From Lama guanicoe (taxonomy: Eukaryota): a stretch of DNA of 64,000 nucleotides. The position numbers were made by a program, and so were the translations under genes. A model generated the notes under the pieces. That model was not told the DNA's origin. It worked only from the letters and a program-made list of their open reading frames with translations, and searched no databases. The stretch lies in the NCBI GenBank assembly GCA_013239625.1, contig MU053881.1:15616373-15680372 (forward strand), written 5' to 3'. Within the stretch, counting starts at the first letter, position 1; the number at the start of each line of letters is the position of its first letter. This document shows positions 24,582 through 35,203 of the stretch, one piece after another.

Positions 24582-24885
24582 TGTCCAGAGGCATGAGATT
24601 TTCGCCTTCCCTGCTTGTCTGGAGGGCGAACCCCATTCACCATCATTTTTATATCTCCTGCACACAGACCTCTGGGTTCTGGTCTCCATGGACTGGCTGT
24701 GTGACTTCGGGCAGGGAGCTGAACCTCTCTGGGTTTCCTGTTTCAGAGACTCCCTCATGGGGCAAATGACATTGCACTTAGGGGCTTGTAGAGCAAGAGT
24801 AGTCTTGTGGCCTTTGAAACTTGTAAAGATTCAAGACAGATGCAATGGTGGGGTCTACTGAGCTCCCCCCACCCCCGAATCAAGG

Positions 24886-24891
24886 AATAAA
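24886..24891 (+). terminator. Candidate JAK3 polyadenylation signal
   Basis: First AATAAA, ~305 nt after the stop codon. Confidence 0.6.
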
Positions 24892-25793
24892 TTTAAGCCT
24901 CTTTCATCTTCCCATCTTCTCATGGCTTGGCCCTGAGCTTCTTATCTCATTTCCAGAAGGAACATTATGTAGCTTTAAATATATGATCTCAGGCTTCTTT
25001 TCCCTCTTCCCTCTTTAGCTGGAGGAAGCCAAGGACAAGAGCAGCTGCCCTGGCTGAAATTCATTTTTGGGGGGAACCTGTGTGACTGGGATTGTGTAAG
25101 AGGCCAGAGAAGGCTGAGGTCCTGGTCGACCCTAACCGAACCTGAGTGTCCCAGGGCTTCAGTTTTTCTGCCTACACACTAGAGCCCTTTCTATCCTGAC
25201 CAGAGGATCGCACAACTGATGACAATGGAGGCTGACAGAAACTTTTCAGCAGTTGAAGGAAGGAAAGGCAGTCTTGGTAGAGGGAACAGCATGGCGAGAG
25301 TAAGGAGGCTCTGAGTATACAGGTTAAGAGCTCAGGTGTTGGAGCCCATGGTTCTGCCACTTATTTGGTCTGTGATGGTGGGTGAGTTGTTTCTCCTCTC
25401 TGAGCCTCTGTTCCATCCTCTTACAATGGGCAATAGTGTTGGCCCTTCGGTGGTACAAAGTCAACTTCTGGAGGCTTGTGAAAAGGCATTTTGTGCAGGT
25501 TAAGCCCCCATTGCTTCTTCACACCTGCCAGCAATGCTTTTCTGCCACTTTTGCCTCTTTGGAAAACTTTTATTCACCTCTCAAAACCCCAGCTATCACC
25601 TCCCTGCAGCTCTCCCTGGGGTTCTCCCACAACTGCCAGCCAGCCCTGTACTTCCTTCTGACCCTTGGACAGGGGTGGGGTCTGCATTCAGCTCTGTCTC
25701 CTCTGACCTGGAGGCTCCTTGAGGGCTGGGTTGGGGTGGGCAGAGAGAGGACTCTGGAAGTGTTTGTTGAATGAATAAAGAAGTTCAGGGGTT

Positions 25794-25950
25794 GGAGGAG
25801 GGTATAGCTCAGTGGTAAAGTGTGTGCTTAGTATGCATGAGGTCTTGGGTTCAATTCTCCAGTACCTCCATTAAAAAGTAATAATAATAAATAAATAAAC
25901 GAACCTAATTACCACCTCCCAAATAATAAAAATATAAAAAGAATAACAAA
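25794..25950 (+). mobile_element. tRNA-derived SINE
   Basis: gagggtatagctcagtggtaaagtgtgtgcttagtatgcatgaggtcttgggttcaattctccagtacctcc with A-rich tail. Confidence 0.88.
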
Positions 25951-26829
25951 TTTTAATGTTCAGTGGAAAGGATGGGTTGTTGCTGGACTTGGGCAGTGGG
26001 GATCCTTAGAGATGTGCAAGCCGGGAAGGAATGTGCTTATGGCTGGGGGAGAGAGATCCCTGGGGGCCACAGACCCCTCAGGGCAGGCTGGCAGCGGAGG
26101 GGCAGGAGGATGGGGTTTGAAGGACAGAAGCCCTCCCCCCAGCCCCAGCTGCTGGCCTTGGCTCAGTCCTGGGGAGCTGATTACAGGCTCTTCTTGGTGG
26201 GTGGAGGGAACAGGCTGCTCTCGGGGGGTCAGAGGGCGAGGCTGGATTAGGAGGGCGAGGCCATGCAGCTGGGTCCAACATCAGTAGAGGCCAGGCTAGT
26301 CCCCTCCACATCTGCTGGAAAGATTAGGAGAGTGACAGAGACAGAGAGAGATAGAGAAGGAGAGAGAAAGGCCAAGACTCAGGGGGAGACAGGCAAGCAA
26401 GGGAGAGACAGAGATAGAGATCTCTGCGCCTACTCTCCTAGCCTAGGTAAAGCTGCCTGCTTTGGTGAAAGGGGGGCGGGATGGCTCTGGGCTCAAGCAA
26501 GAAAGGAGTTTTCAGCTCAGTGTCTCCCCTGAGTTGGGTTGAGTAACCGTCCTCTCTGCCTTAGTTTCCCTCCTTGGTAAAACAGGGTCACAAGGCTTCC
26601 TGGGCTCATACCCGGCAGATGCTGCACGATTGCAGCCGGCTTCATTCTGGGTCCCCCAGACCCTGCCCAGCCCAAGGAGGCCGATGTGGGAGAGGCAGAG
26701 CCGACCAACACGCCAGCCCCAGGGCATACCCAGCCTCTTGTGGTCTTGGGCAAGTGTGGCGTCCCCTCTCTGAGCTTCAATTTTCCTTCTTTGTACAATA
26801 ATAAGGACAAGAAGATTCTGGGCTTCGTG

Positions 26830-27084
26830 TTTTTTTTTAGCAGAGGTACCGGGGATTGAACCCAGGACCTTGTGCATGCTAAGCATGCTCTCTGCCACAC
26901 TCTACCATTGAGCTAGACTCTCCCCCTGAAGACAACAAGATTCTGTAGTGTTTTTTGTTTTTGTTTGGGGGGAGGGAGGAGGTAATTAGGCTTATTTATT
27001 TTTTTATTTAATGGAGGTACTGGGGATTGAACCCAGGACCTCTTGCATGCTAGGCACACATTCTACCACTGAGCTATACCCCTA
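26830..27084 (-). mobile_element. Two adjacent tRNA-derived SINEs (26830-26926 and 26950-27084)
   Basis: Two copies of ggggattgaacccaggacc...ctacca(c/t)tgagcta. Confidence 0.88.
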
Positions 27085-27561
27085 CTCCTACAAGATTCTG
27101 AATGTCCCTGGTCTCAGCTGTCTGCCTGCCTGCCACCAGCATCCTGCGGAATGATTATTTCTCAGTTCATTTCTTTCACCTCTTTAAAATGGTTAAAAAA
27201 AAAAAAAGACTCCACAACCAGTGGTCCCCTGGGAGAGATGTGCCCAAGGAAGGAGGAGAAACCATGGTGGTTTTGCGCTCATTTCAGCCTTTCTATTATC
27301 AGTGTTGTGGCTGGATCAGCTCTTGGAGTTCTTATTACGACTGCAAGATGCCCTTCAGCAACAACCAACAGGAAACTTGGAGAAAATCAAAATGTATTAC
27401 GTACAGGACGTGGAAATTAGACAGCACACCTGGGGCCATAGAACCAGGTCACAGGTAGACAGAGAGCATTATGGGCTTGGGGTCCTGCTTTTATTAGGGT
27501 CAAAAGTGAGGGCCTAGTGTCCCCAGACTCAATCTTTATTGGTGAACTTATTTAAGAAAAG

Positions 27562-27681
27562 TTTTTGGAGGGGAGGTAATTAGGTTTATACATTTATGTT
27601 TTAAATGGAGGTACTGGGGATTGAACCCAGGACCTCATGCATGCTAAGAATGCGCTCTACCACTGAGCTATAACCTGCCCC
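27562..27681 (-). mobile_element. tRNA-derived SINE upstream of INSL3
   Basis: ggaggtactggggattgaacccaggacctcatgcatgctaagaatgcgctctaccactgagctata. Confidence 0.88.
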
Positions 27682-27914
27682 GCCACTGGGGAATTTAAAT
27701 GTGAGAATGGGGATTTCAAACACAAGGAGAGGAAAAATCAAGTGGTGAGTTATGGAAATCAACCAAGATGTCTGAAACAAAGGCAGCTGAGTTGAAGAAG
27801 GTGGCCTGGCTCTGTGTAGTGACATTGGAGGGCCATCTTTGAAGCTAATGCCCCAGCAATCAAAGCTTAAGTCAGGTACTCCTTTTACAAGAAAGAGAAA
27901 ACCCAGCATCAGGG

Positions 27915-28020
27915 GTTCCCTGACCCTGCCCTTGGCCTTGTCCCTGGGCCGATCTCCGAGAATGCTTTGTCCCTTCTCCAAGGCCCCCAGCTGGGGCGGG
28001 CTGGGCTCCTATAACAGGGG
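27915..28020 (+). promoter_or_regulatory. INSL3: INSL3 proximal promoter: SF-1/NR5A1-type sites, GC box, TATA
   Basis: TGACCCTG 27921-27928, GGCCTTG 27934-27940, CCAAGGCC 27978-27985, GGGGCGGG 27993-28000, TATAA 28010-28014. INSL3 is an established SF-1 target in Leydig and theca cells. Confidence 0.8.
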
Positions 28021-28053
28021 GATCCTCACTGGGGCCGGGTACCTCCCGCCGCC

Positions 28054-29331
28054 ATGGACCCCCGCCGGCTCTCCTGGGCGCTGGTGCTGCTGGGCCCGGC
28101 CCTGGAGCTTGCCCTGGGCTCCGCGCCCGCCCAGGAGGCCCCCGAAAAGCTGTGCGGCCACCACTTCGTGCGCGCGCTGGTGCGGCTGTGCGGGGGCCCG
28201 CGCTGGTCCCCCGAGGACGGGCGACCTGTGGCTGGTGGCGACCGTGAGTGAGGGCGGGCGAGGACTGTGCTCTGGGGCCTCTGGGTGTGTTGGGGGTGGG
28301 TGCATGCGGGCGTAGATGGAGATTGGGGCAAGCGGGAGGGTCTGCATGTATGTTCGGGGGTCCACTTGCCAATTGCAGGGTGTGCGGTCCCCTGCCCTGG
28401 GGGAATCAGTGCGAGGCGAACCAGGCAGAATCTTAACAAGTGTACAGTTAGATCTTGTCTTTATTTACAATTTCAATATTTTGAGCATCACGAATTTTTG
28501 TGTTAATTTTGATTTTTAAATATTGCATTAAAACATAATTGATCTTGGTTGTTGAGGTTTTTTGGCGCCCCCTTAAACTGTGCACTGGAGGCCAGAGACT
28601 GGTTCTCCTCGCCCTAGTCCTGGCCCTGGTGCAGAGGGTATCAAACAGGTTTGTGCGCACGTCTGTCACACGCGTGTGTGTCCGGTGTGTGTGAGTCTGT
28701 GTGACACAGGTACAGATGGGTGTGCAGGGGCACACGTGGAGGGGATGTGAGGGTGTGTGCCTGCGTCTATGTGTGCCCACTGCCTGCACACGCTGCACAT
28801 GTATGTTATGTGTCCCCTGTCCCACTGTCCCCTTACTATCTTCTGCTCTGTGAAGTGCCTGTGCGGTCTTATGCTGGGTGGCACATGGGAATGGCCATAG
28901 CTGGGGACTTGAGTGTGGGTGTGGGTGGAGAGTGCACACATCTGGACAGGGGATTCAATCCGTGCCTGCTATACAGTAGGTGCTTCATAAATGGTCAGTC
29001 TACTTATGTGCATGATGAGTGTTTGGTGGGTCACACAGCAGGGTGTGAGCTGCAGTTGTGTGTGCAGTGTATGTGTGGGGTCCTCTGGGGTACCCGCTCC
29101 ATGCTGAATTCCTCCCTGTCCCCAGGTGAGCTGCTACGGTGGCTGGAAGGAAAACATCTCCTCCATGGGCTGGTGGCCAATGGGGACCCCATGCTGATAC
29201 TCGCCTCACCGCCCCTGCCCCAGGCCTCTCACCATCACCACCACCGCCGGGCAGCTGCCACCAACCCTGCCCGCCACTGCTGCCTCAGTGGCTGTACCCG
29301 GCAAGACCTGCTGGCCCTCTGTCCCCACTGA
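28054..29331 (+). CDS. INSL3: Insulin-like 3 (relaxin-like factor) prepropeptide, 131 aa, 2 exons
   Basis: Exons 28054-28243 and 29126-29331 (190+206 nt). Signal peptide, B chain [21 protein letters not shown] peptide, RR cleavage site, A chain [32 protein letters not shown] at 29632-29637. Confidence 0.97.
28397..28628. mobile_element. hAT-type MITE (MER96-like) in the INSL3 intron
   Basis: Imperfect terminal inverted repeats (gcgaggcgaaccag / ctggttctcctcgccctagtcctggccctg) around an AT-rich core with ttttttggcgcccccttaaa. Family name from memory. Confidence 0.6.
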
Positions 29332-30119
29332 ACCCTTCTGGGGCGTGGCTTTGGAGGCACCTGAGACCTAAAGGAATCTGGTCTGGCAAGCTCCTGATGC
29401 CACATAACACCATGAAGCACCATGTCTGGGAGGAGGCTGTTGGTTACCTCTCAAAACAAGGTGCTCACCACCTCCCCCAGGCCACCTGTCCTCTCTGGGG
29501 CCAACTTGGAGGATCCTTGGGTTTTTGGAGACGCCAGATACCAAAGTTCAAACATTCTCACCTCAGAGGAGCCCCAAGTGCCCCACTCCCTTGCATTTGT
29601 TGACACCCCATTTGCTGTCTCCTCCATAGTAAATAAATAAGATGCCTGCAGAATCCAAAGCAACTTTTTGCATTTTCTCAAGACAACGGGACCAGCCACA
29701 GGCCACAGTCAGCCTTCACGTGGGACTGTCCTCCCGGCAGCCACAGACCCACCAACACTTACAGAAACTTAACAATTGGATGGTCATCACAATACAAAGT
29801 AGGGAAGCTGAGGTCTAGGGAGGTAGCTGCTTGCCAAGGTCAGACAAGGAGGGAATGGCCAAGTGCAGGATTTGAAGCCAAGTCTCTGTCATGATTCATG
29901 TGTCATAACCTCACTTAATGCCCACTTATCAGTAGACATACCACACAGCCGTCTGAATGAGTCACAGTAAATATTTATTCATCCAACTCTCACCATTCTT
30001 TTCACTTGCATCCTCCCTTCATCCTGAGATGGGAACTGGACATACGACCCTCTTGAAAAAAATGACAAGGCATTTGAAGACGTCATCTGTTCACATGTAT
30101 ATTAACTTTCCTAAGGCCT

Positions 30120-30500
30120 CTGTAAGCTCTGCCTCCACCTTCACGTCGTCTTCTTTCCTGTGCCTCTCTCTGTGTTCATTTCCTTCTTTTTAAATTTTAT
30201 TTATTTTATTTTGGGGGGGAGTACTTAGGTTTTTATTTATTTTAACAGAAGGACTGGGGATTGAACCCAGGACCTCCTGCATGCTGAGAACACACTCTAC
30301 CACTGAGCTATACTCTCCCCTCTCATTTCTGCCTCTTATAAAGATACTCTTATTGGATTCAGAGCCCACCTCAATCCAAGATGATCACATCTCCATCTCC
30401 ACCTCAATCACATCTGCAAAGACCCTATTTCCAAATAAAGCCATATTCTGAGGTTCTGGGTGAACGTGAAATTTTGTGAGGCACTATTCAATCCAGTACA
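30120..30500 (-). mobile_element. MaLR LTR (MLT1-like) interrupted by a tRNA-derived SINE (30186-30320)
   Basis: attggattcagagcccacc...cacatctgcaaagaccctatttccaaataaag...attcaatccagtaca is a typical MLT1 signature; the SINE sits inside it. Confidence 0.75.
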
Positions 30501-31641
30501 GCTGGGGAGAAGCACGCTCGCCCGAGGGCAATGGGGAGCCACAGACGGTGTGCAATCAGGGGCAGGATGAGTTCAGATCTACCTGGTAGAAACCCCTGCA
30601 GCCCCTGCCTCATCCAGATTTGCCTCCTCTTGCTTGGATGATGCCTCAGCCTCCACCATCCTTCCCAACAGTCCCCACAGGAGCCACAGGGCTTCTTTAA
30701 ACTTAAAAATCAATCATGTCATTTCCTTGCTCCAAAGGTGCCATCACCTTCAAAATAATCCTGTCTCTCTTCACCCCAGCCCACAAAGCCCCACGTGGCT
30801 AGTTGCTGTGACCTCCTGTCCCCTCTTCCTGCATCTCCTCCTCACTCACCAAGCTCCAGCCACAGCCTCCTGGCTGCAATTTGAATGCTTCCAGATCATC
30901 CCACCTCAGGGCCTTGCCGTGCCCTCTGTCTAGAACATCCTTCTTCCACTTCTCCCCAAGGCCATAGCCTCCTCCTTCAGTCCCAGTCCCTTGACCTCCT
31001 GGCTAGCACTTGACCCGATCACTGTGTGTCTTCATTTTAATTCTCCTCAAAGCTCTTACCATTTATGGTAACTTCCTATTTGATAGTTCACAGGTTTGTT
31101 TCATCACAATAAGCTGAGTCAGTGCCCAGTGACCTTTCCCATGGGGCTAGGAGGAGGCGTACAGGGCAAGGTGTTTAGCACACAGTAGGTATACAATCAA
31201 TACTGAAAGAAGGGAGGTAAGGAAGCGGATAGAGAACAACAGAATTGCTGTCTCAGCAGGAGAGGTGAGCCCGGTGAAGAGAGGGGAGGTGGGTGGTGGC
31301 TGGCGTGGGATTCAGAAGATGTCTTGCCAGAAGCAGGTGGGACCAGGCAGCCAGGAGCTGTTTCACCCCTGTGCCAATCTCTCTTGAGCCTGCCATCAGT
31401 CTTGGGAGAGGATGAGCTGGGGGCAATAGGGAGCCATGGAGGGTGTGTGAGCAGGGGAAGGATGATGTCAGACCTGCCTGATAGAAACTTTGATATCCCT
31501 TACTTTATCCATATCCTGTTTTCACTCCTGTGTATTTTCTTCTGGAAATGAGAATTTTATGGATAAATGTAGACTGATCTGTATTAAAACTTGTAAATCA
31601 CTAAAAAAGAAAAAAAAGACCTCTAAGTCTTCACAAAACAT

Positions 31642-31647
31642 TTTATT
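31642..31647 (-). terminator. Candidate B3GNT3 polyadenylation signal
   Basis: AATAAA on minus, ~1 kb after the stop, followed by a U-rich downstream element (A run at 31603-31617 on plus). Confidence 0.6.
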
Positions 31648-32651
31648 CCCTGAGGACCTACTTACTCGCCATGCTCACTCTGACATCTGAGGTTCCCCTC
31701 GCCACTGCCCCAACGCCTGCGAAGCCTAAGTCTCAGGCACCTGTCTGATCCCAGGAGGGCTGGGGGTCAGGGGTTACCAGCTCACCTGGATCTCCTCAAT
31801 CTGAAAGATACACTGGGGTGGGGGCCAGTCCTAGGTCCAGAGAGCTAAGGTCCCCCAAGTACTTGAATCTCCCTCTTTTCTGGGCACTGAGGTGAGTCTG
31901 TGCACATGCTCTGGCCCCAGTACTGTTCCCTGAATTCTTGGGGCACACATGTGTGGAGACTGGGTCCTGCCACGGACTACAGAAATTCTAAGCTCCGTAG
32001 CCTGAGACAGATAACTGCCCAGTGCTTCTACCATTTGAGCACTTGATGCCACAAGCAGGGAGGGGGCGGTCCTGTTCACAGCCCCTCTGGTGGCTCCTAC
32101 CATCTGAGGGGTCCTAGACCTGGGAGGGAGGGAAAACAGAACCCCTCTTTCCCCAGCTGAAAAGTGCTTATCATTTCAGCTACACATGGACCCAGGAGTT
32201 CTCAATTGGCCTTGAACGTGGCCGGCACTCACTCACCATGGCAGGTTCACCACCAAGGAGAGGCTGGTCACTGCTTAGGGTCCAGCCCATGATCAAGGTC
32301 AGGGCTGGGAAGTGGGACATCGCCTGAAATGGAATGGACGCAGCAGCAGCAGCAGCAGCTGGGACCCTGGCAGAAGTGCGTCTGCCATTAGCTGCCAGGG
32401 AAAAAGACGACCCCTCCAGCTGAGAGTCTAGGGAGGATGATGGAACACAGCGTGGGTAGTACTAGGGGGCGGGGTTTGAAGGATGTGTAGGAATTTACCA
32501 GCCAGACAATTCACTCATCTAACCCTCCCTGGTGCTCTCCTAGGCCCCGCCCACTTAGGAGGACAAAGGTCTTAGCTTCCTGGGAGGAAGATGTTGCCCT
32601 TCTCATGGGGATGGAGACAAGAGCCTTGAGGCCTGGGGCCCTGACACCACC

Positions 32652-35203
32652 TCAGTAGATCTGTGTCCGCTTGCCACAGGTGAGGTTGGGCTGGCTCAGC
32701 GCATCCCACATAAGCAGCATCTCATAAGGCAAGAAGCGATGTACCAGCAGCAGCTCTCGGTAGAAGCAGGGGTCAAAGGAGGACAGGCGGCTGGAGGGGG
32801 CCTGAACGCCAGATGTGCGGATACCACTATGTGAAGCAGGCTGCAGGCCCTCCTGCTTCAGGCACATGCCCAGGAAGACATCATCAATGGGGAAGAGTTC
32901 GAGGGTGGGGGCAGCCCGGCGCAGGGCGGTGGCCGTGAAGCGGGACAACAGGAAGCCACCCCCCCCACAGTAGGGTGGGTAGTGTTCCTCCTTTGTCACC
33001 ACCTTTGGCACATAGTACTTGCTCCAGGGAGACCGGATAGGGCCCACATCGTGGATCAGTTGTCCCACGAAGAGGTGGTGGTCGGGGTCATGGTCCTGCA
33101 GGTAGGAGACCATGTTGTCTGTGTGTGCAAAGACGTCATCATCTCCATTGAGCACGAAGCTGGCATTGGTGCACCGCGTCTCCTGCCACTGTAGGAAGAG
33201 CACCTGCAGGTGGGGTGGACAGGGTATGCAAGCATGATGCCTGGGATCATCAGTTTTGGGTCTCTGTTGGCCATCCCAGCCCAGTTAGACCAGGCAAGGC
33301 TAGCCCCACTCTGGGGTGGCCTTTGCAACTAATTGCCCCTCTATGCCACAGTTTCCAATTTACTAGACAGGACTCATTGTAGGAACCGCTTCCAGGTGTT
33401 GGGGATCTACAGAGATGATGCTCCACAAAGCACCAAGAAGTGCTCAAAAATTGTCACATTTACATTTATTGCTATTCCTTCTGACTGCCTGGCCAAGCAC
33501 TGCTGTTAAATAATTACTTATATGATTGTTATTTAACATCTACTTCCCCCACCAAATTCTGGGCTCCTCCTGCATGGGGGCTGTGTCTCTCCTCTGTGTC
33601 ATCTCCCCAGGACTCAGGGTGGGGTCAACATTTCATAGGCACTGGATTCATATTTGTCAAGTTGACGTTATATCACATGCTTGTGTTTTGAGTTAAGAAC
33701 AAGCCATGTTGGGAGGTGCTGAGCTCTCTGCTCACCTTGGCTTCATGACCTCTATAACTTTTGCTGCATGCAGAGCACTGTCCTCAGTGCCCACCCTATC
33801 TTGAATCCCTAATACAATTTTAGGAGGCAGGTGTGGTCCTCAACCCCTTTTACAGATGAGAAAGTAGAGGCTCTCCAGGGAAGGTGCCTTGAGCAAGGTT
33901 ATACAACAGACAAGTTGTAACTCAAGGTCTTGAACCCAGACCTGTCTGTACTTACTATGAGCAGGAACCTGCACTGGCCCCTCAACTCTCGGCTCTACTC
34001 AGCTTGGCCCACTCCCACCTGGGTGGGTCCTTGGAGCCTTCACTTCCTCCTCTGTGAATGCACAGGATTCTCTACCTCTCATGGTTTCCTGTCCACCTAC
34101 TGCACAAATCTGGGCCTCATGGGGAGAGAGACCAGAACAAAGAAATAAAATGTCTGTTCAGTGCTCCCCTGCCCCCACCCCATTGCCAAAGTTATTTGAG
34201 CACTTGGCACTGGTTCAGGTGCCTTAGAAATAATCATCTCATGTAATCCACACAGCATCCTTCAGAGGTGGGTGGGTCAAACTAATATCCCCTTTCCCTG
34301 ATGAGGAGACTGAGGCACAGAGAGGTGAATAGTAATGCAGGACAAACAGCTAGTAAGAAGCAGAGCCTGGATTTGAATTCAGGTCATCAAGCCTTCGAGA
34401 ACCAGGCTTGTAAGCTCCCACCACTCAGTCCCTTCTCCCTGCTCCTCCTAGAGGAAGAAGACTTCAGGTCACCATGAGGACAGTAGAGGGGACGGGGTGA
34501 GGTTGATGGGGGCTTCTGGTCCCCAGGGTCCCTAAGAGGAGGTGGTGGCAATTTGGGCAGGAAGCCTGGGTGGCCCCTATCAGGTTACCGCCCCCCACCC
34601 CGAGCCCACCTGCTTGAGCGTGAGGTTGAAGAATGAGTCATAGAAATCCCACTGCAGGATGTCACCATGGGTCTGCGCCTCTATGGCCAACAGCCGGTTG
34701 ACCTTGCGGGCCTCCAGTGGGTTGGGGTCTGTGCCCACGAGGAAAATGCGGCGCAGCTGGACGCCGTGCACCTGGCGTTCGTGGCCCCACGTGCGCCGCA
34801 CCAGCTCCCGGCGCTCGTAATTCCTGGGCGAGGACTTGATCACTAGCAGCAGGAAGACTGGCTGTGCACACTTGTCCGGCGGCACGTCCAGCAGCAGCTG
34901 GAAGTGGCGGCAGTGTTTGTACAGCAGGAAGTTGCGTATGTGCTGCGGCTGCCCCGCAAAGTCCTGCAGGGCCGCCATGGAGGTGTTGGCCAGGCAGGGG
35001 GCAGGTGGTGGGCGGGAGGGTGGCGAGGGCCAGACCAGAGCCATGGGGGTGACCGGCGGCGCAGACGGCGGCAGAGACAGTGGCTCCTTCAGGCCCAGGC
35101 AGGTGGGTGGTGACGTGTGCAGACTGAAGACGAGGAGGAGGATGAAGGCGCTCAGAGCCACAACCAGGCCCACCTCTACCCGCAGAGGCCGGAGATACCT
35201 CAT
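32652..35203 (-). CDS. B3GNT3: UDP-GlcNAc:betaGal beta-1,3-N-acetylglucosaminyltransferase 3 (GT31 family), 381 aa, 2 coding exons
   Basis: Coding exons 35203-34610 and 33203-32652 (594+552 nt), exon 2 acceptor at 35253. Type II transmembrane anchor; motifs [57 protein letters not shown]. Confidence 0.97.

Noticed and set aside
28720..29125. 203-aa ORF extending INSL3 exon 2 upstream
   Set aside because: Starts at a non-ATG codon in a TG-rich low-complexity intron; the true acceptor at 29126 explains the INSL3 part.
32231..32388. Minus-strand 29-aa ORF MADALLPGSQLLLLLLRPF... (32388-32299) followed by an ATG|GTGAGT donor
   Set aside because: The Leu run comes from a (CAG)6 microsatellite in the B3GNT3 3'UTR, the ORF stops before the donor, and no downstream coding exon was recognised.
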